The position numbers were made by a program, and so were the translations under genes. Below, one piece after another: positions 47,562-59,988 of a stretch of 64,000 nucleotides of DNA. The number at the start of each line of letters is the position of its first letter. Position 1 is the stretch's first letter. The DNA lies in NCBI GenBank assembly GCA_965603825.1, contig CBFDEM010000054.1, positions 558,001-622,000 of the forward strand. Direction: 5' to 3'. The stretch comes from Blepharisma stoltei ATCC 30299. Lineage: Eukaryota; Protista; Ciliophora. The notes under the pieces are model-generated. The model was given only the letters and a program-made list of their open reading frames with translations. It ran no database searches and had not been told where the DNA came from.

Positions 47562-50500
47562 ATGACTCTATTTTTTTATATTATACTTCAGCTCTTATGC
47601 TCATCGGAAAGAATCGATATTTTGTCAAGTGAGGCAACAAGCAATGCAAAAACTGAGCTCATGATTTTATCTGTAAAAAATTATTTTCCAAGTTATTTTG
47701 AAATAGAGGCGTCCCAAATAAATTCGACAGAGCCAATTATTGATCTGCTATCCACTACATATATTGTCATTGATATCACTGACATTCTTGCTTTTCAATG
47801 AAAACTGGCAGAAGCTGCTCAAGTTATAGGTTTCGTTCACATTATTGTTGGAGTTTCTTCTGATCAAATAAAAGGATTGGAGTATTTTCCAATGCTACCA
47901 CTCAGAGCCCATTACGAAGCCCTAAGCAGCATTTTGAGCTACTTAAACTGATATCAATATAACTTAATTTACAACGAATCAAAAGATGCAATAAATTTGA
48001 AAAATTTATTCATAGAAAGTCAAGCAACAATACATGATTTTTGTTATCCAAGTGGAAATAGCTTAGATGTAACTTCTGCATTTATAGGAAGAGAAGTAAA
48101 GCCAACTGGGCTGACAAATTTAGTTGTATTAAGCGAAGGAAAAAGCGCAAACCAGCTAGTAAACTCAATAATAGATAATAAAATGTATGTGAAAAACTCA
48201 GGCATTATACTGTGAAGTAAAGCTATATGAGGACCAACGCAAGACGGACTTATTATAATTGTCCAAGAAGGTCTGGAGCTTGCTTCTAGCCTAGAAGAAT
48301 ATGAAGTAACTTCGCTTATGCATGTTTTTCAACAAATCAACCTATACAATCAAAATATAGACTTATAAATTCTCTAAATTTTACGACTGAGAATCATCAT
48401 CCAAAGAGGATATTTTCTATTGTGAATGTTCAAAATGGAGAAAGAGTCATTATTGGTAAAATTAATAATGGAATAGTCAACATTTTTGCAAATCCTATAT
48501 TTCCTGGTCAAACATCTCAGTTTCCAGATTGTAGCAATACTTTGATAAAAGTCTCAATTTCAGATGGCGCTACCAATGCCAATGGTTATATATTTGAAGG
48601 AAATAAAAGAGTAAAAGAAGGAGCGTTGTTTTCAATAAAATATGCAAATAAGACAGGTTTAGTAAGAAACTTTAATTTGGAATTCAATGAATTAGATTGC
48701 AGTGCAGAGTTTTATGATCATAATTTTTCTTATAATTGCTTATCGAAAATTAAAGATGACTTAGGAGTGTTTTTTTTTGCCATCAATTAGCAACGATGTA
48801 TGTCTTGGAACTATTTCTGACTTTCAAGAGCTTGGAATAAGCATTCCGCTTGTATCTGATTTCTGCTGAGCTGCAAAGCTTGGCGATGTGGAAGCATTTC
48901 CTAAATTCACAAGAGTTTTGAAAAGTTTTCAGTATCATGCCAGCACAATAGCCTACTTAATGAGCATCTTTGGATGAAAGAAGACCGTTGTTATTTATGA
49001 AAACTCCACCTTAGGAATAAGCTTATATGAAACTTTTATAGGAGTAGCAAGTGCAGCAGGAATTCGTATCTTAAACGATGAAGATAAAAGAATAGTAAAA
49101 GAAGGATATCAACTTTCAGATTTTAATAGATATAAGAGCCTACTTCTCCATGCAATTAATACCAATGGAAATATAATTATATTATTTCTAAACATGGATT
49201 ACAATTCTGCGTTTTTTATGCTTGCTCATTTTTACGACTTAGGCTTGAGACGTGGAGATGCAGTATTTTTGTTTTATGAAGTCGCTTATTTTTTCTCAAC
49301 AATTGCATTAGGTGTAGATAAATCTGTTATCGAAAAATGCAGCGAATTGGTTTATGGATGTATTTCTGTGTGGCAGGCAGAATGGTATGGAGACTTTGGA
49401 CAAAAAGTGTGAAAAGAATGAGTGTTAGAAAGAAACAGCTCTTTTTATTTTGCAAATCAATGTCATGCTTTTGATGCTGGGTGGCTTGGACTAAGCGCCA
49501 TAAACACACTAATTCAGACTGGAGAAGACTACACTGACCCTGATGTCTTAAATAGCGCAATCCACAAGCAAAAGATTATTGGTTGTGCTGGAAAACTTGT
49601 TATGGCACAAGATCAAAATGAGCCAGAAGAAATGGTTGTTAACATAAATAATGTGCTTTATAACGAAACCACAAGTGAATGGGTTGATTATCCAGTGGGG
49701 TATTATTCTCTTTCTAGCAATCCTCAATTTAAATTCCATACAGATATTATTTGGCCAAATGGTAAAACTCAAATACCAGGTGATATGAGAAAAGATAAAT
49801 ATGAATGCCCTTTCCATAGTCGATTTATTCAAAATTCTTCTTTAGGGGAAGGAATTTACATCGGAATCATTTTATTTTGAGCCTTTTGTGCAACAGCAAT
49901 TTCTACTTATGAATATAGAAAATACTGACACTCATCACCTCCCATGTTAATAGAAAATTGTGAAATCAGCATAAAAGATATAATTACACATCTTTGTATT
50001 TTTATTGAATTTTTTGAAATGCTTGCACTTGCTCCAGATTTCACCTGAATTTATTGGAGATTCTCTTATATATATAACTTATTCGGATTTTTATCAAGAA
50101 CAGACTCATATCATAATCATAGTTTTTGGCCCGGAGTCTCAGCATGAATCATAATTTGTTGAGTTTCTTTTATTTTGAATGCATTTTTATTTAGTAAACT
50201 TGATGAAAAAATAAAGTGGCATTGTAGCATTGCCTTAAAAAGCTTTAGCAAAGAATTAATCCCTCTCATAAGCAACTTATGCTTTATCCCCGCAATTAAT
50301 TCGATTTTTTCTGCATTTAAGTGCACAAAAAGTACAAGCTCAGAGCTATCTGATGTTTTTCTATACGCAGACTGCAATTATAAATGCTGGGAAGGAGAGC
50401 ATTTGCTCTTAATAATATGTTCAATTTTAGCTTTAATGGTTTACATTCCAAGCTCTATAAGCAAAAATTGAGTTTCCTGCAATCCTTTAGCCTCATCAGA

Positions 50501-50973
50501 GGTAAAAAGAGTATGGTGCTTTACTAACTACTTTTTTATTTTACACATATCTTTTTAGGCCTTATAACTATAATTTCACAAATTGGTGGATGATGGTATC
50601 AATTATTGGAGTAATTTGGGGAGTCATTATGTCAAGTATTTATTGAATTATAAATAGCCATAGTAATGTATGCGTAATATTACTGCTTTTAGGATGATTA
50701 GCAATATATATTTTTGGACGCGTATTTCAAATAAAATACTTTCCAAACCTTTTGTATACAGTTCCTGAGAAAAATATAAATATTCTTTTTAAGTTTCAGC
50801 TTACTTCAAGGATAAGTGCTGATGAAATTTTCCAATCAAATTCAAGAAAATATAAAATTGTCAATAGTAATCGAAGAGAAAACGATGCTTTATTTTCTAG
50901 TAGCCTAAGAGAAATTAATCCAATATTTAGCAGTAGTCAAAGAGAAAATGATCCCATGTTTTCTAATAATTAA
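47562..50973 (+). pseudogene. Disrupted receptor gene: signal peptide, two periplasmic-binding (ANF-receptor/Venus flytrap)-like domains, multi-TM C-terminus
   Basis: With TGA=Trp the reading is continuous except at TTA-TAA 48363-48368, the T9 run 48770-48778 and a lesion near 50460-50505. Motifs include FPKFTRV, FGWKKTVVIYE, IIWPNGKTQIP.D and RPYNY. Confidence 0.7.
50872..50970 (+). repeat. Three degenerate 33-nt coding repeats (RENDALFSSSL / REINPIFSSSQ / RENDPMFSNN)
   Basis: AGAGAAA recurs every 33 nt at the receptor C-terminus. Confidence 0.7.
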
Positions 50974-51590
50974 TTTACCTATCTTAAAATTATTTAATAA
51001 ACTAGGAATAATTTGTATAGATCCCAATTTCTGAAATTTGAAATTAAATGAGCTTTCAAGTTTTTAATTCATGATTATCAGCTAATATTATTACATTAAG
51101 TAAATAAGCTATAGTAATTGAATTGCTTTAAGATTCAACCCTAAAGCCCTTCAGCATTTTAATTAAATGCATTAATCAAGCATCATATAAACTGCATTGA
51201 TGCCTTTAGTAATTTCAATAGAAAAGAATCTCAAATAGGGGACTCCTGATTAATAAACAATTTGTGAGAAGAATTTTTGCCTTATATCTATAAGAAATAG
51301 CTAATAGTTAATTTTTATTAATTCCAACCTTGTTAGTAAATTATCTTGCTGCATTTAGATATAAGCAGCCATAATCATTATTTTAAACTAAAGAATTGTC
51401 ATTTGGTGAATTTATTTTACGTTAAATAGGGACAGTCTTATAAGGAAATCATTAGAGGATACTTAAATAAAGTTAATTTATGATTTCAAATCTCTTCATT
51501 GGCTTATTATATTTCCAGATATTTTTAGCTTTTGTAATCAATAGATATTTTAAGCTCTAATTCCATCCATAATAAATTTGGGAATATATT

Positions 51591-54500
51591 ATGTATTCCT
51601 TGTTTTTTATATTCTTATCTTTTTGATTTTCCAAAATTAAAAGCTTGCCCTTTGAAAATTCCACAAGAGATGATCAATATTTTTCGAATTTAAGAAGCAA
51701 TACCTTAAACTTATATGAAGAAGGACTCAAGGATCAGTATTTGAAAAAAACTCTTATAGATCATCACAGGTCAATTCTTGACGATCTAATTCTGCAGATA
51801 TATAAAAATAACTCTATTGGAGCGAGCAGAATTTCGAAAAAATTCTCAAGAAAGCTTTGCTTATCAAACGAATATGACGATGGAGCTGGAGCATGCATAA
51901 GTTGTGGGACAAATTGTGATCAATGCATTCAAGATGGATGCACACAATGCCAAGCTACTTTTTACCGCGATATAAATAATCTTTTCAATTGCATCACTTG
52001 TGACACGGCTAATGGGCAATATATAATTGATGATGGGAACTGTTCTAATTGCTCTGATTCATGGTGCCAAATTTGCCCTAATGATATTTGCACTGCCTGC
52101 AAGGCATCTTATTATCTTAAAACTCAATCAGACTCATCAATTATATGCGATACTTGCAATACAAATAATGGATTCTATATAAATTCAGATACATGCATGC
52201 CATGCACAGACACGAAATGCAAAAATTGCCCTAGTGATGCATGCTCTCAATGCAAATCTGGGTACCTTTTCGACGTAAATGGCTTATGCGATTCTTGTGA
52301 TTTATCTGGCGGATTTTATAATAGTTCAGATCATTGTGTTGCATGTTCTGATAGTCATTGTGCTGCTTGTTCTGATGATGTATGCACTTCATGTAAAACC
52401 AATTACTATTTTAGCATAAGCGATCCAACAATTTGTGATGTTTGTAATACAGATGGCTTTTATGGGGATTCTGATGGGTATTGCTATACTTGTGCTGATT
52501 CTAATTGTGAGCAATGCAACGCTAAAAATCAATGTAGTGTCTGCAAAATAAAGACAAATTATCCAAATAGTAAAGGAATTTGTGAAACTTGTCCAACGAA
52601 CAAATATACGAATAACGATGGAATTGTTTGTAATGACTGCCCTTCTGGGACATACTCAGATGCTGGAGCTACAAGCTGCACTCATTCCTGCACAGCAACA
52701 GACTGCGATGTTTGTACAGGGCCAGACCAATGTTCAAAATGCAATAATCTGAATTATTATTTTACAGGGACGGCTTGCCAAGAATGCCCTGCAGGAAAAT
52801 ACTCAAAAGGGGATGGCTTGACATGCTCCACTTGTGACGACCCTGGGTGTCTTGTTTGTTCAGGAGGAGGCCTTTATTATTGTTTATCATGCTCAGCTCC
52901 TTCTTATTACTTATCTGATGGCCGCTGTACTCCTTGTCCAAGTGGAAAGTATGCTATTTCAAGCACAGCTTCTTCATGTGTTGATTGTGGAATTGGCTGT
53001 TCAGCTTGTAGCAGCTTAACTATCTGCAATACCTGCAATGAACCTACTTCTATGTCAAATAAAAGCGATGGGACATGTTTCTGCACTTATTCAAACTATT
53101 TCATGGACTCCAAAAATATATGCAGACGTTGCTATGATTTATGTGCAACTTGCAGCTCAATAAACAGCTGCGATTCTTGTGTACTGCATTCGTCATTACC
53201 AACTGGTTCAGCTTTATGCCAGTGTGATGAAGGATACACAAAAGTAGGGCTAAGCTGCGAATATTGTGGAAGTTTATGTTTAACATGTACAGACAGCGAT
53301 TCATGCAAAATTTGTGTAAAGCATGCAATATCACTTGAAGCAGGAGGATGTGCTTGTAGTGACGGCTATTATAAATATGGAAATACATGCATCGCGACAT
53401 GTAGTAAATTATGTTCGGCTTGTGATGCTGACCATGGAAGTATATGCACAAGTTGTGTAGGAAATGCAGAACTAATTGGGACATTGTGTAGCTGCACCGC
53501 AAACTCAACTTATAACTCGACGGTAAATTCATGTCTATGCAATAGTGGATATACAGAAGTCAATAAAAAATGTGTGCTGTGTAAGAATTATTTTGAGCTA
53601 AGTGAAGTTAGTGATGGGTACTATAATAGTGATTTTTCTGCGATTATAGTAGAATTTAGTAAACCTATTGACACTTCTGTGGATCCTAGCTGCTCAAATA
53701 CAATTGATCCGATAAGTCAATATAAGTTGGGATTTGTACCAATATGTACATGAATTGGAAATAGTAAGCTCAAAATTCAGCTAGGAAAGGAGTTCATTAT
53801 TAGACTTGAAAATTTATATTTGCTTGGCACAAATATAGTTAAAGAAACTGGAAATTGCACGACCAATTATAACCATTTATATATACCTTTAAGAATCACT
53901 TCAGACCCAACGCCAAGAGCTGTAATATCAGGCCCTTCATCATTTTCTTTAGGCTGCACAGACACCAATCTTCAATTCTCAGGTATAAAATCAACTGGCA
54001 GTTTAAACTATTCAATGTCATATTCATGGTCTGCAGCAATATCCCCAGCAAACTCAGCCTTAATTTCCTATATCTCCGGCCAAACAGGCTCAACACTCAG
54101 TATAAATAGAACTTATTTTTCATCTGGCACTGATTATTCTTTAACAGTTACCTTAAAAGTTACCAACGCTTTTTCCTATTCTGACGAAATTTCTCTATCA
54201 ACCTTAATAAGCTCAACTCCATCCCTTCAAGTACTAATTGATGCAGGCAATAACGATATTATGAAATCATCAGAATCCAGAACTTACAAAGCTTCAGTTT
54301 TTTCTTACTGTGGGAGCGATTCTTCTGTGATATCTTGATCATGAAATTACGTTCCACAGGCTGGAGCTCCATCGATTTCTTATTCATCTATTTTATCGAC
54401 ATCTAAACAGCCTAATAAGCTTGTAATCAACCCAAAAATGCTGCCTGGAGGGTACTCTTATATGTTTACTGCAACTGCAAGTATAACGGATTCTACAGGA

Positions 54501-57227
54501 GCAAAAAAATCAGGCTCTGCTTATATATTGATATCTGTGATATCTACACCTTTAGTAATTCAGCTATCAAAAGCAAGTGGGACTGTATTCTCAGATAAGC
54601 CATTTGAAATTAATGGCGATAAATCATATGATCCTGATGGTTTATCAGGATTGCTCACCTATGAATGGTTATGCTTTTATCCTTCAAATAACACTGCATG
54701 CAAAGATAGAGATGGGAATCAGCTTATTTCTGGAGCATTTTCTTCAAGTTTAGCTATTTCTTCAGGGAAGTTTACCCCAGGTGGCAGCTATAACTTAACT
54801 CTTACTATTAAAAAAGATGCTCGTACAGCATCTACAACAATATCATTACAATCATTAGCTATGCCAGCAAATTATTCATCTTATACAACTATAGGAATTT
54901 CTTATAAAACTCAAAAAGTGTCCTCAAAAGACTCTTTCATAATAAGTGCAGCCATTGAAACTCAGCCAGACTCAGTATTAAAATGAACGTGCAGCGACTC
55001 ACAAATTTCAATTTCCCCAAACAATTTATCAATGATGAAGTTGCCTGCAAATACCTTTATTAGTGGAAATTCCTATACTTTTCAACTCAGTGTTACTGAA
55101 AATTCAGGAATTGTAAGCTATCAAAATATATTAGTAAACGTAAACAGTGGGGCCGCCTGCATTAATGGACTTAAAATTTCTCCATCTACAGGGAAGTCTT
55201 TAAAAACTAAATTTTCCTTATCAATTGATGGCTGTGATGATAAAGACAGAGAAGATTTTCCATTGGTTTATACTTTTGAAGACATATGAAATGGAATCTC
55301 TTACGTCCTTGGGATCACCCTTGAAAATGCAATTTCAACTTATTTGCTGCCTGGCCTTAATTCACTTACTGTAATTGTTTGTGACCAGCTAGCTGGCTGC
55401 TCCAGCTATAATCAGATAATTTCTATAGGAGAAAATGAAAGATTTTTAGCAGAAACTAGTCTTATGAGTTCCTATAAAGAGGAGACATCAGATTTAGACA
55501 GAATTCTACCGACTGTCACTTTATTTGCTTCTTCAACAGAAATTGATGAAGTTTTATTTGCTCAAATGTCAGACGATATGGAATATTATATAAAAAGCCA
55601 AAATTCAATTACAGTGAAAATGCTAAAAAGTCTATGTGGGGCGATTCAAACTTTTACAACACAGGATGGCTTAATCAGTCAAGCTAAATATGAATACTAT
55701 ATGGATTGAATAGTTTCATTATTATATGATAATCAGATACCAATAAATGAAGACTCCCAAAGTATTTTTGACATCTTATTAACCATTACTAATGGATATA
55801 TTAGTAATTTCAACTCAACTGCTGGAGATTATGAAAAATCTATAGTAAAAGCTGATTGATTTTTAAATAAAATAGTAGATTATATCACAAAAGATGACTT
55901 GCCAGGCCAAAGTAGCATTCCAACGGCTTCGGTTAGCACAAGTATCCACATAGGTAAAATAAGAAACTTCCCTAATGTAATGACAAAAAGGAGCTATTCC
56001 TTTGACGATTTTAAAGTTATTTTTCCAAGCCATATCCCATTTAATGATACTGAAATATTAAATTTTAGAGCAAATTCTTATGAAAGCAATGACGAATATT
56101 CTTCTTTAATTTCTCTCAGTTATGCCACAAGTGGGACTTATAATAGCTTTGTATATAATTCTTCAGATGAAGAATTAACTCAGTTTAATAATGGAAAGTA
56201 TCCAATTAAAATTGAAATTCCATATGGGAAAATACCCATAAATGGATGGGCTTGCTATTATTTTAACTCGTCTTCAAGTGCTTGGGAACCCAATGGATGT
56301 GTTATTTCACAAGTTACAAGCTCAACCGTGATTGTCAAAGTATCTCATTTCTCTATATTCAAATTAGCTGAAAGATCGCCTGAATCTTTTTCATGTGACC
56401 AGAATTTAGTCCTAATCTATATCATGTCTGTGCTCATATTTATCGGATTAATTTTAACACCAATAGCTTATTTCCTTGACAAAATATATTTAAGAGAGAC
56501 CTTGAAAACTCTTATAACCGAAGAAACCAATCAAGTCACAGCAATGAATCTTAATGAATCAATCAAGAATTTAAATGATGAGCCATCACAGGTTGATATT
56601 GATATAGAAAGAGCCGAGCAGAATGATAGAAACGCTGATGAAATTAATAATGAGCCAAATTCCCTTACCACTGAAATGAATGATAAAGAAATAAAAAAGA
56701 ATTGCATCACCCTCTTGGAAGGGCACTTAGTCTTAGGATTGTGGATTTATAGAGAAGATTTTCTGAGGTATCAAAGAATTTTTGTGCTATTAACCGTTAT
56801 TTTCTGGGAAATGCTGCTAGAAGGACTGTGATTTTATTCTTTTGAAGATTACAAAAGTGGGGAGGAAGATGATGATTGATCTGGAAATTATAAAGGAAGG
56901 TATTTTGGGTACTCAATTCTGGCAATAGTTTTATCAGTTCCGATTGAAATTTTCATGATATTTTGCTTTACTACTAAAAGAAAAGAGAACAAAAAATTGA
57001 TTATTTCAGCATGGGTGTTAGGAGGTATAATACTAAGTGCATCAATTGCAGGCATTTCAGCTTTAAATGTAGATTTTTGTAATGAATGGAGTGGTTATTG
57101 GGCTCTAAGCTTTATTTGGGGAATTATTATTGAAATTGGTATTGTCCAATGCTTATGGATGCTAGGAAGATATGCACTTTTAGTTTGGTATCACCAGTAT
57201 AAAATCGAACAAAATAGAAATAGTTAA
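51591..57227 (+). CDS. Polycystin-1-like surface receptor: signal peptide, furin-like/EGF Cys repeats, REJ module, GAIN/GPS, five TM helices; 1878 aa
   Basis: One frame with ten TGA(Trp); CxxC repeats; INGDKSYDPDG..LTYEWLC; ISPSTG.SLKTKFSL; CYYFN....W.PNGC..SHFSIF; H...G.W.....F.R.QR before TM2. Confidence 0.88.
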
Positions 57228-57459
57228 TTAATGTTTAGTAAGCCAATTAATTTCAAACTTATTGTAAAGTTAACTGCAATTTTAGAATTCACAGCCAAAA
57301 ATTTGAATTTTTATTATCTTTATATATAAGTCTTAAAACTAAATAAAATTATTTTCAGATCTAGTCGTTAATTTGGCTATTTGATCAAGAATTTTTATAT
57401 TTAATTAAATTTTAATAATAAAATATTTTTACTTATTTAAAAAAGTGAATAAATAGAAA

Positions 57460-57960
57460 TTAAGTAAACTCATAATACTGAGAGCAGTGAAATGCTGCAT
57501 ATTCCAAGTTAAGTTCAACAGCATCTAATTTCCTCATGAACGAATCTTTTTTGCTTAAATCATCAGCTATTTCTTCTCTTTTGCTAAACGAATTATTGCT
57601 TTGTAAGATGTGTTGCTTTATATCAAATGTCGGCCCAACTTTTATCCAATTCAAAACAGAGTTTTCTCCTTTACTTTTTAAATTGCTTAGAAAAGAAATA
57701 GCTTTATCAGCATAAATCCTTGAGGAAAATCGAACAAATGCACAAGAATGCTCTGAGAGAAGCTTAATTTCAGAGATTTCTCCGAAATTAGTAAAGTATC
57801 CGAATAATGCTTCTTCTGAGCTGTAAAGCTTTGTTAATCATTGGACAAAAAGTGTGCAGCCACTGGCATCAATGAACCGGTCATCTCCTGAGGAGTTTTT
57901 ATTATTTTCTGGGCCTCTTGAAGCTGCATTTGTTGATTCTGGCTCATCAATGTCCATCAT
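57460..57960 (-). CDS. RRM-domain protein, 166 aa
   Basis: Mostly missed by the track: TLFVQ-W(TGA)-L..SEEALFGYFTNFGEISEIKL..SCAFVRF..ADKAI. Confidence 0.8.
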
Positions 57961-58660
57961 ATTAATGAATTATATTTTATTTCAATTACTCATAATTTTA
58001 AGTATAAATAAAAATTCTGTTTATTTTGCTTGTTAATAAATAATCATTTTTGCGTTACATTTTATTTAACTAATTCAACTCATATTCAATAAAAAACATG
58101 ATAATTCAAATTAAAGGTTTATTTTAATTTTTAGATCAAATAAAACTGAAAAATCTTTGCTCCTTCATTTAATAACGAACTTTTTTATCGATATGGAGAT
58201 AGGGTAGCTTTAAAATTTTTATAACAATAATTATACTTTAAGTGAGGAAGAGGGAGAGAGGAGTCTAGTTCGTGCTTGCGGTATACTGGATTTCTATCTT
58301 TCTTTAAAATCAATATTAGAATAAAATTTTGTCCTTATTAAATGATATCTAAAATAAACTTTCTTCGTTATTAAATTTGGGAGCTAACTATTATTTTCAC
58401 TCTTCAAATTTAGGCTTAGTAATAAATAGAAAAATTCTTTGCTATTTCTGCTCTAGTATTTCTTGTAAAACTCATACAAATGAAAATGGTAAGTATAAAT
58501 AAATTTATTCAAAAAAATAATTTCTATAGTAAGTTTATTACTCAATAAAGCTGTCTAATTGAACAAAACTAAAACTAGTTTAGCAAAAAAGAATTTGAGA
58601 AATCCAATTTTATAAAAAACAAAATTAAAATCAAAAATCAATGATATTATAATAAAAGAA

Positions 58661-59920
58661 ATGGGATGTGGAAAAAGTGTTCAAATTGTAAAAAATATCA
58701 AAGTATTGCCTCCTAAAGACAAATGTTTTATTAGCACAAATAATATCTCTGATGAAAAAAGCACATTTTCAGCTGATTCAAAAGCAGGGAACGCAGCTGC
58801 ATGTGATTATGAAAATTTTTGTATAATTGAGCGTCATGAGGATTATCAATACGTTGAAGCTTTTCACGTATCAAGCCAGCAAAACCGATTAATTAAGATG
58901 ATCCCTAAAGAAAATTTATCAGAAAAATTATATTTTAAAAATAAATCCATTTTGCAACTCCGAGAAGCAAAAATTTTGAAACTACTATCTCATCAAAATA
59001 TTCAAAAATGCTTTGAGGTGATTGAAGACGAGATTAATGTAGGCATTGTTTTTGAGTATCTCAATGGAATGTCTAGCCTTAATTCCAAATTTAGAGTTTA
59101 CAACGAATTCGAAGCTTCTCAGATCATGAAACAGCTTTTTTCAGCCGTCTCGTACATGCACTCAAAAAGAGTAATCCACCGAAAAATAACTTTAAATACC
59201 ATTTTTATTGATGAAAACAATTTATCAATAAAACTCTGCAATTTTGAAGACGCTTTTATGAAAGGCTTGGAGCAGCCATCAAAAATCCTAGAAGAGCTTC
59301 CTTTTGTGGCTCCTGACTTTGAAAGCAGCCGATACAGTGAAAAATGTGACGAATGGAACTGTGGAGTTATCATGTATATGCTACTAACTGGAGAGTCGCC
59401 TTTTCCTGGGCAAAATGAAATAGAAATTAAAGCTAAAATGAGGTCAGGAAATTATTTAAAAAATACCCCAAAATATGACGCTATTTCTCTTCAAGCGAAA
59501 TACATAATTGATAAATTGCTTAATATTGATTCATTGGCAAGAGTGTCAGCTGCAGTCGCAATAAATTACCCATGGGTCCAGCAAGCTATGAATGAAGGAA
59601 AAAATAAGAAAAAACAAGCGCAGCAATCAAATAATAGCAATTTAAGTATGTCACGAGAAAGTGAAATGTCGCAAATCGTACCGTTAAGACGGCTTTCTTG
59701 CTTTTCATGCTTTTGTGAGAATAAAGGAGATTCAGACTTTGTAGATTTTAATGATTTTAAAGATAATACTGATGAAACTTATCAAGATTTTTTAAAGGGG
59801 TGGCTAAAGATTGTAGAGTCTAGAGAAGGGCTTGCACCAAGCAGCTATAGAGAGTTTTGTGAGAAGGAGCATCAAAAGTATGGAGAAATTGTGATATCGA
59901 TCCCTAAAAATTTTGATTAA
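58661..59920 (+). CDS. CAMK/CDPK-derived pseudokinase with MGCG acylation motif
   Basis: Kinase fold motifs (LSHQNI, YSEKCDEWNCGVIMYMLLTG..PF) but HRK for HRD, NFE for DFG, APD for APE and no Gly loop. Confidence 0.85.
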   Translation: MGCGKSVQIVKNIKVLPPKDKCFISTNNISDEKSTFSADSKAGNAAACDYENFCIIERHEDYQYVEAFHVSSQQNRLIKMIPKENLSEKLYFKNKSILQLREAKILKLLSHQNIQKCFEVIEDEINVGIVFEYLNGMSSLNSKFRVYNEFEASQIMKQLFSAVSYMHSKRVIHRKITLNTIFIDENNLSIKLCNFEDAFMKGLEQPSKILEELPFVAPDFESSRYSEKCDEWNCGVIMYMLLTGESPFPGQNEIEIKAKMRSGNYLKNTPKYDAISLQAKYIIDKLLNIDSLARVSAAVAINYPWVQQAMNEGKNKKKQAQQSNNSNLSMSRESEMSQIVPLRRLSCFSCFCENKGDSDFVDFNDFKDNTDETYQDFLKGWLKIVESREGLAPSSYREFCEKEHQKYGEIVISIPKNFD

Positions 59921-59988
59921 TTTTGTTTATATTAAAAAGCATTAATTTTAAAGCATAAGTGCAAATAAAAATAATTAAATAAGAATAA

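Noticed and set aside
58244-58253. GAGGAAGAG resembling the U3 snoRNA C' box
   Set aside because: I could not find boxes A/A', B, C or D at suitable spacing.
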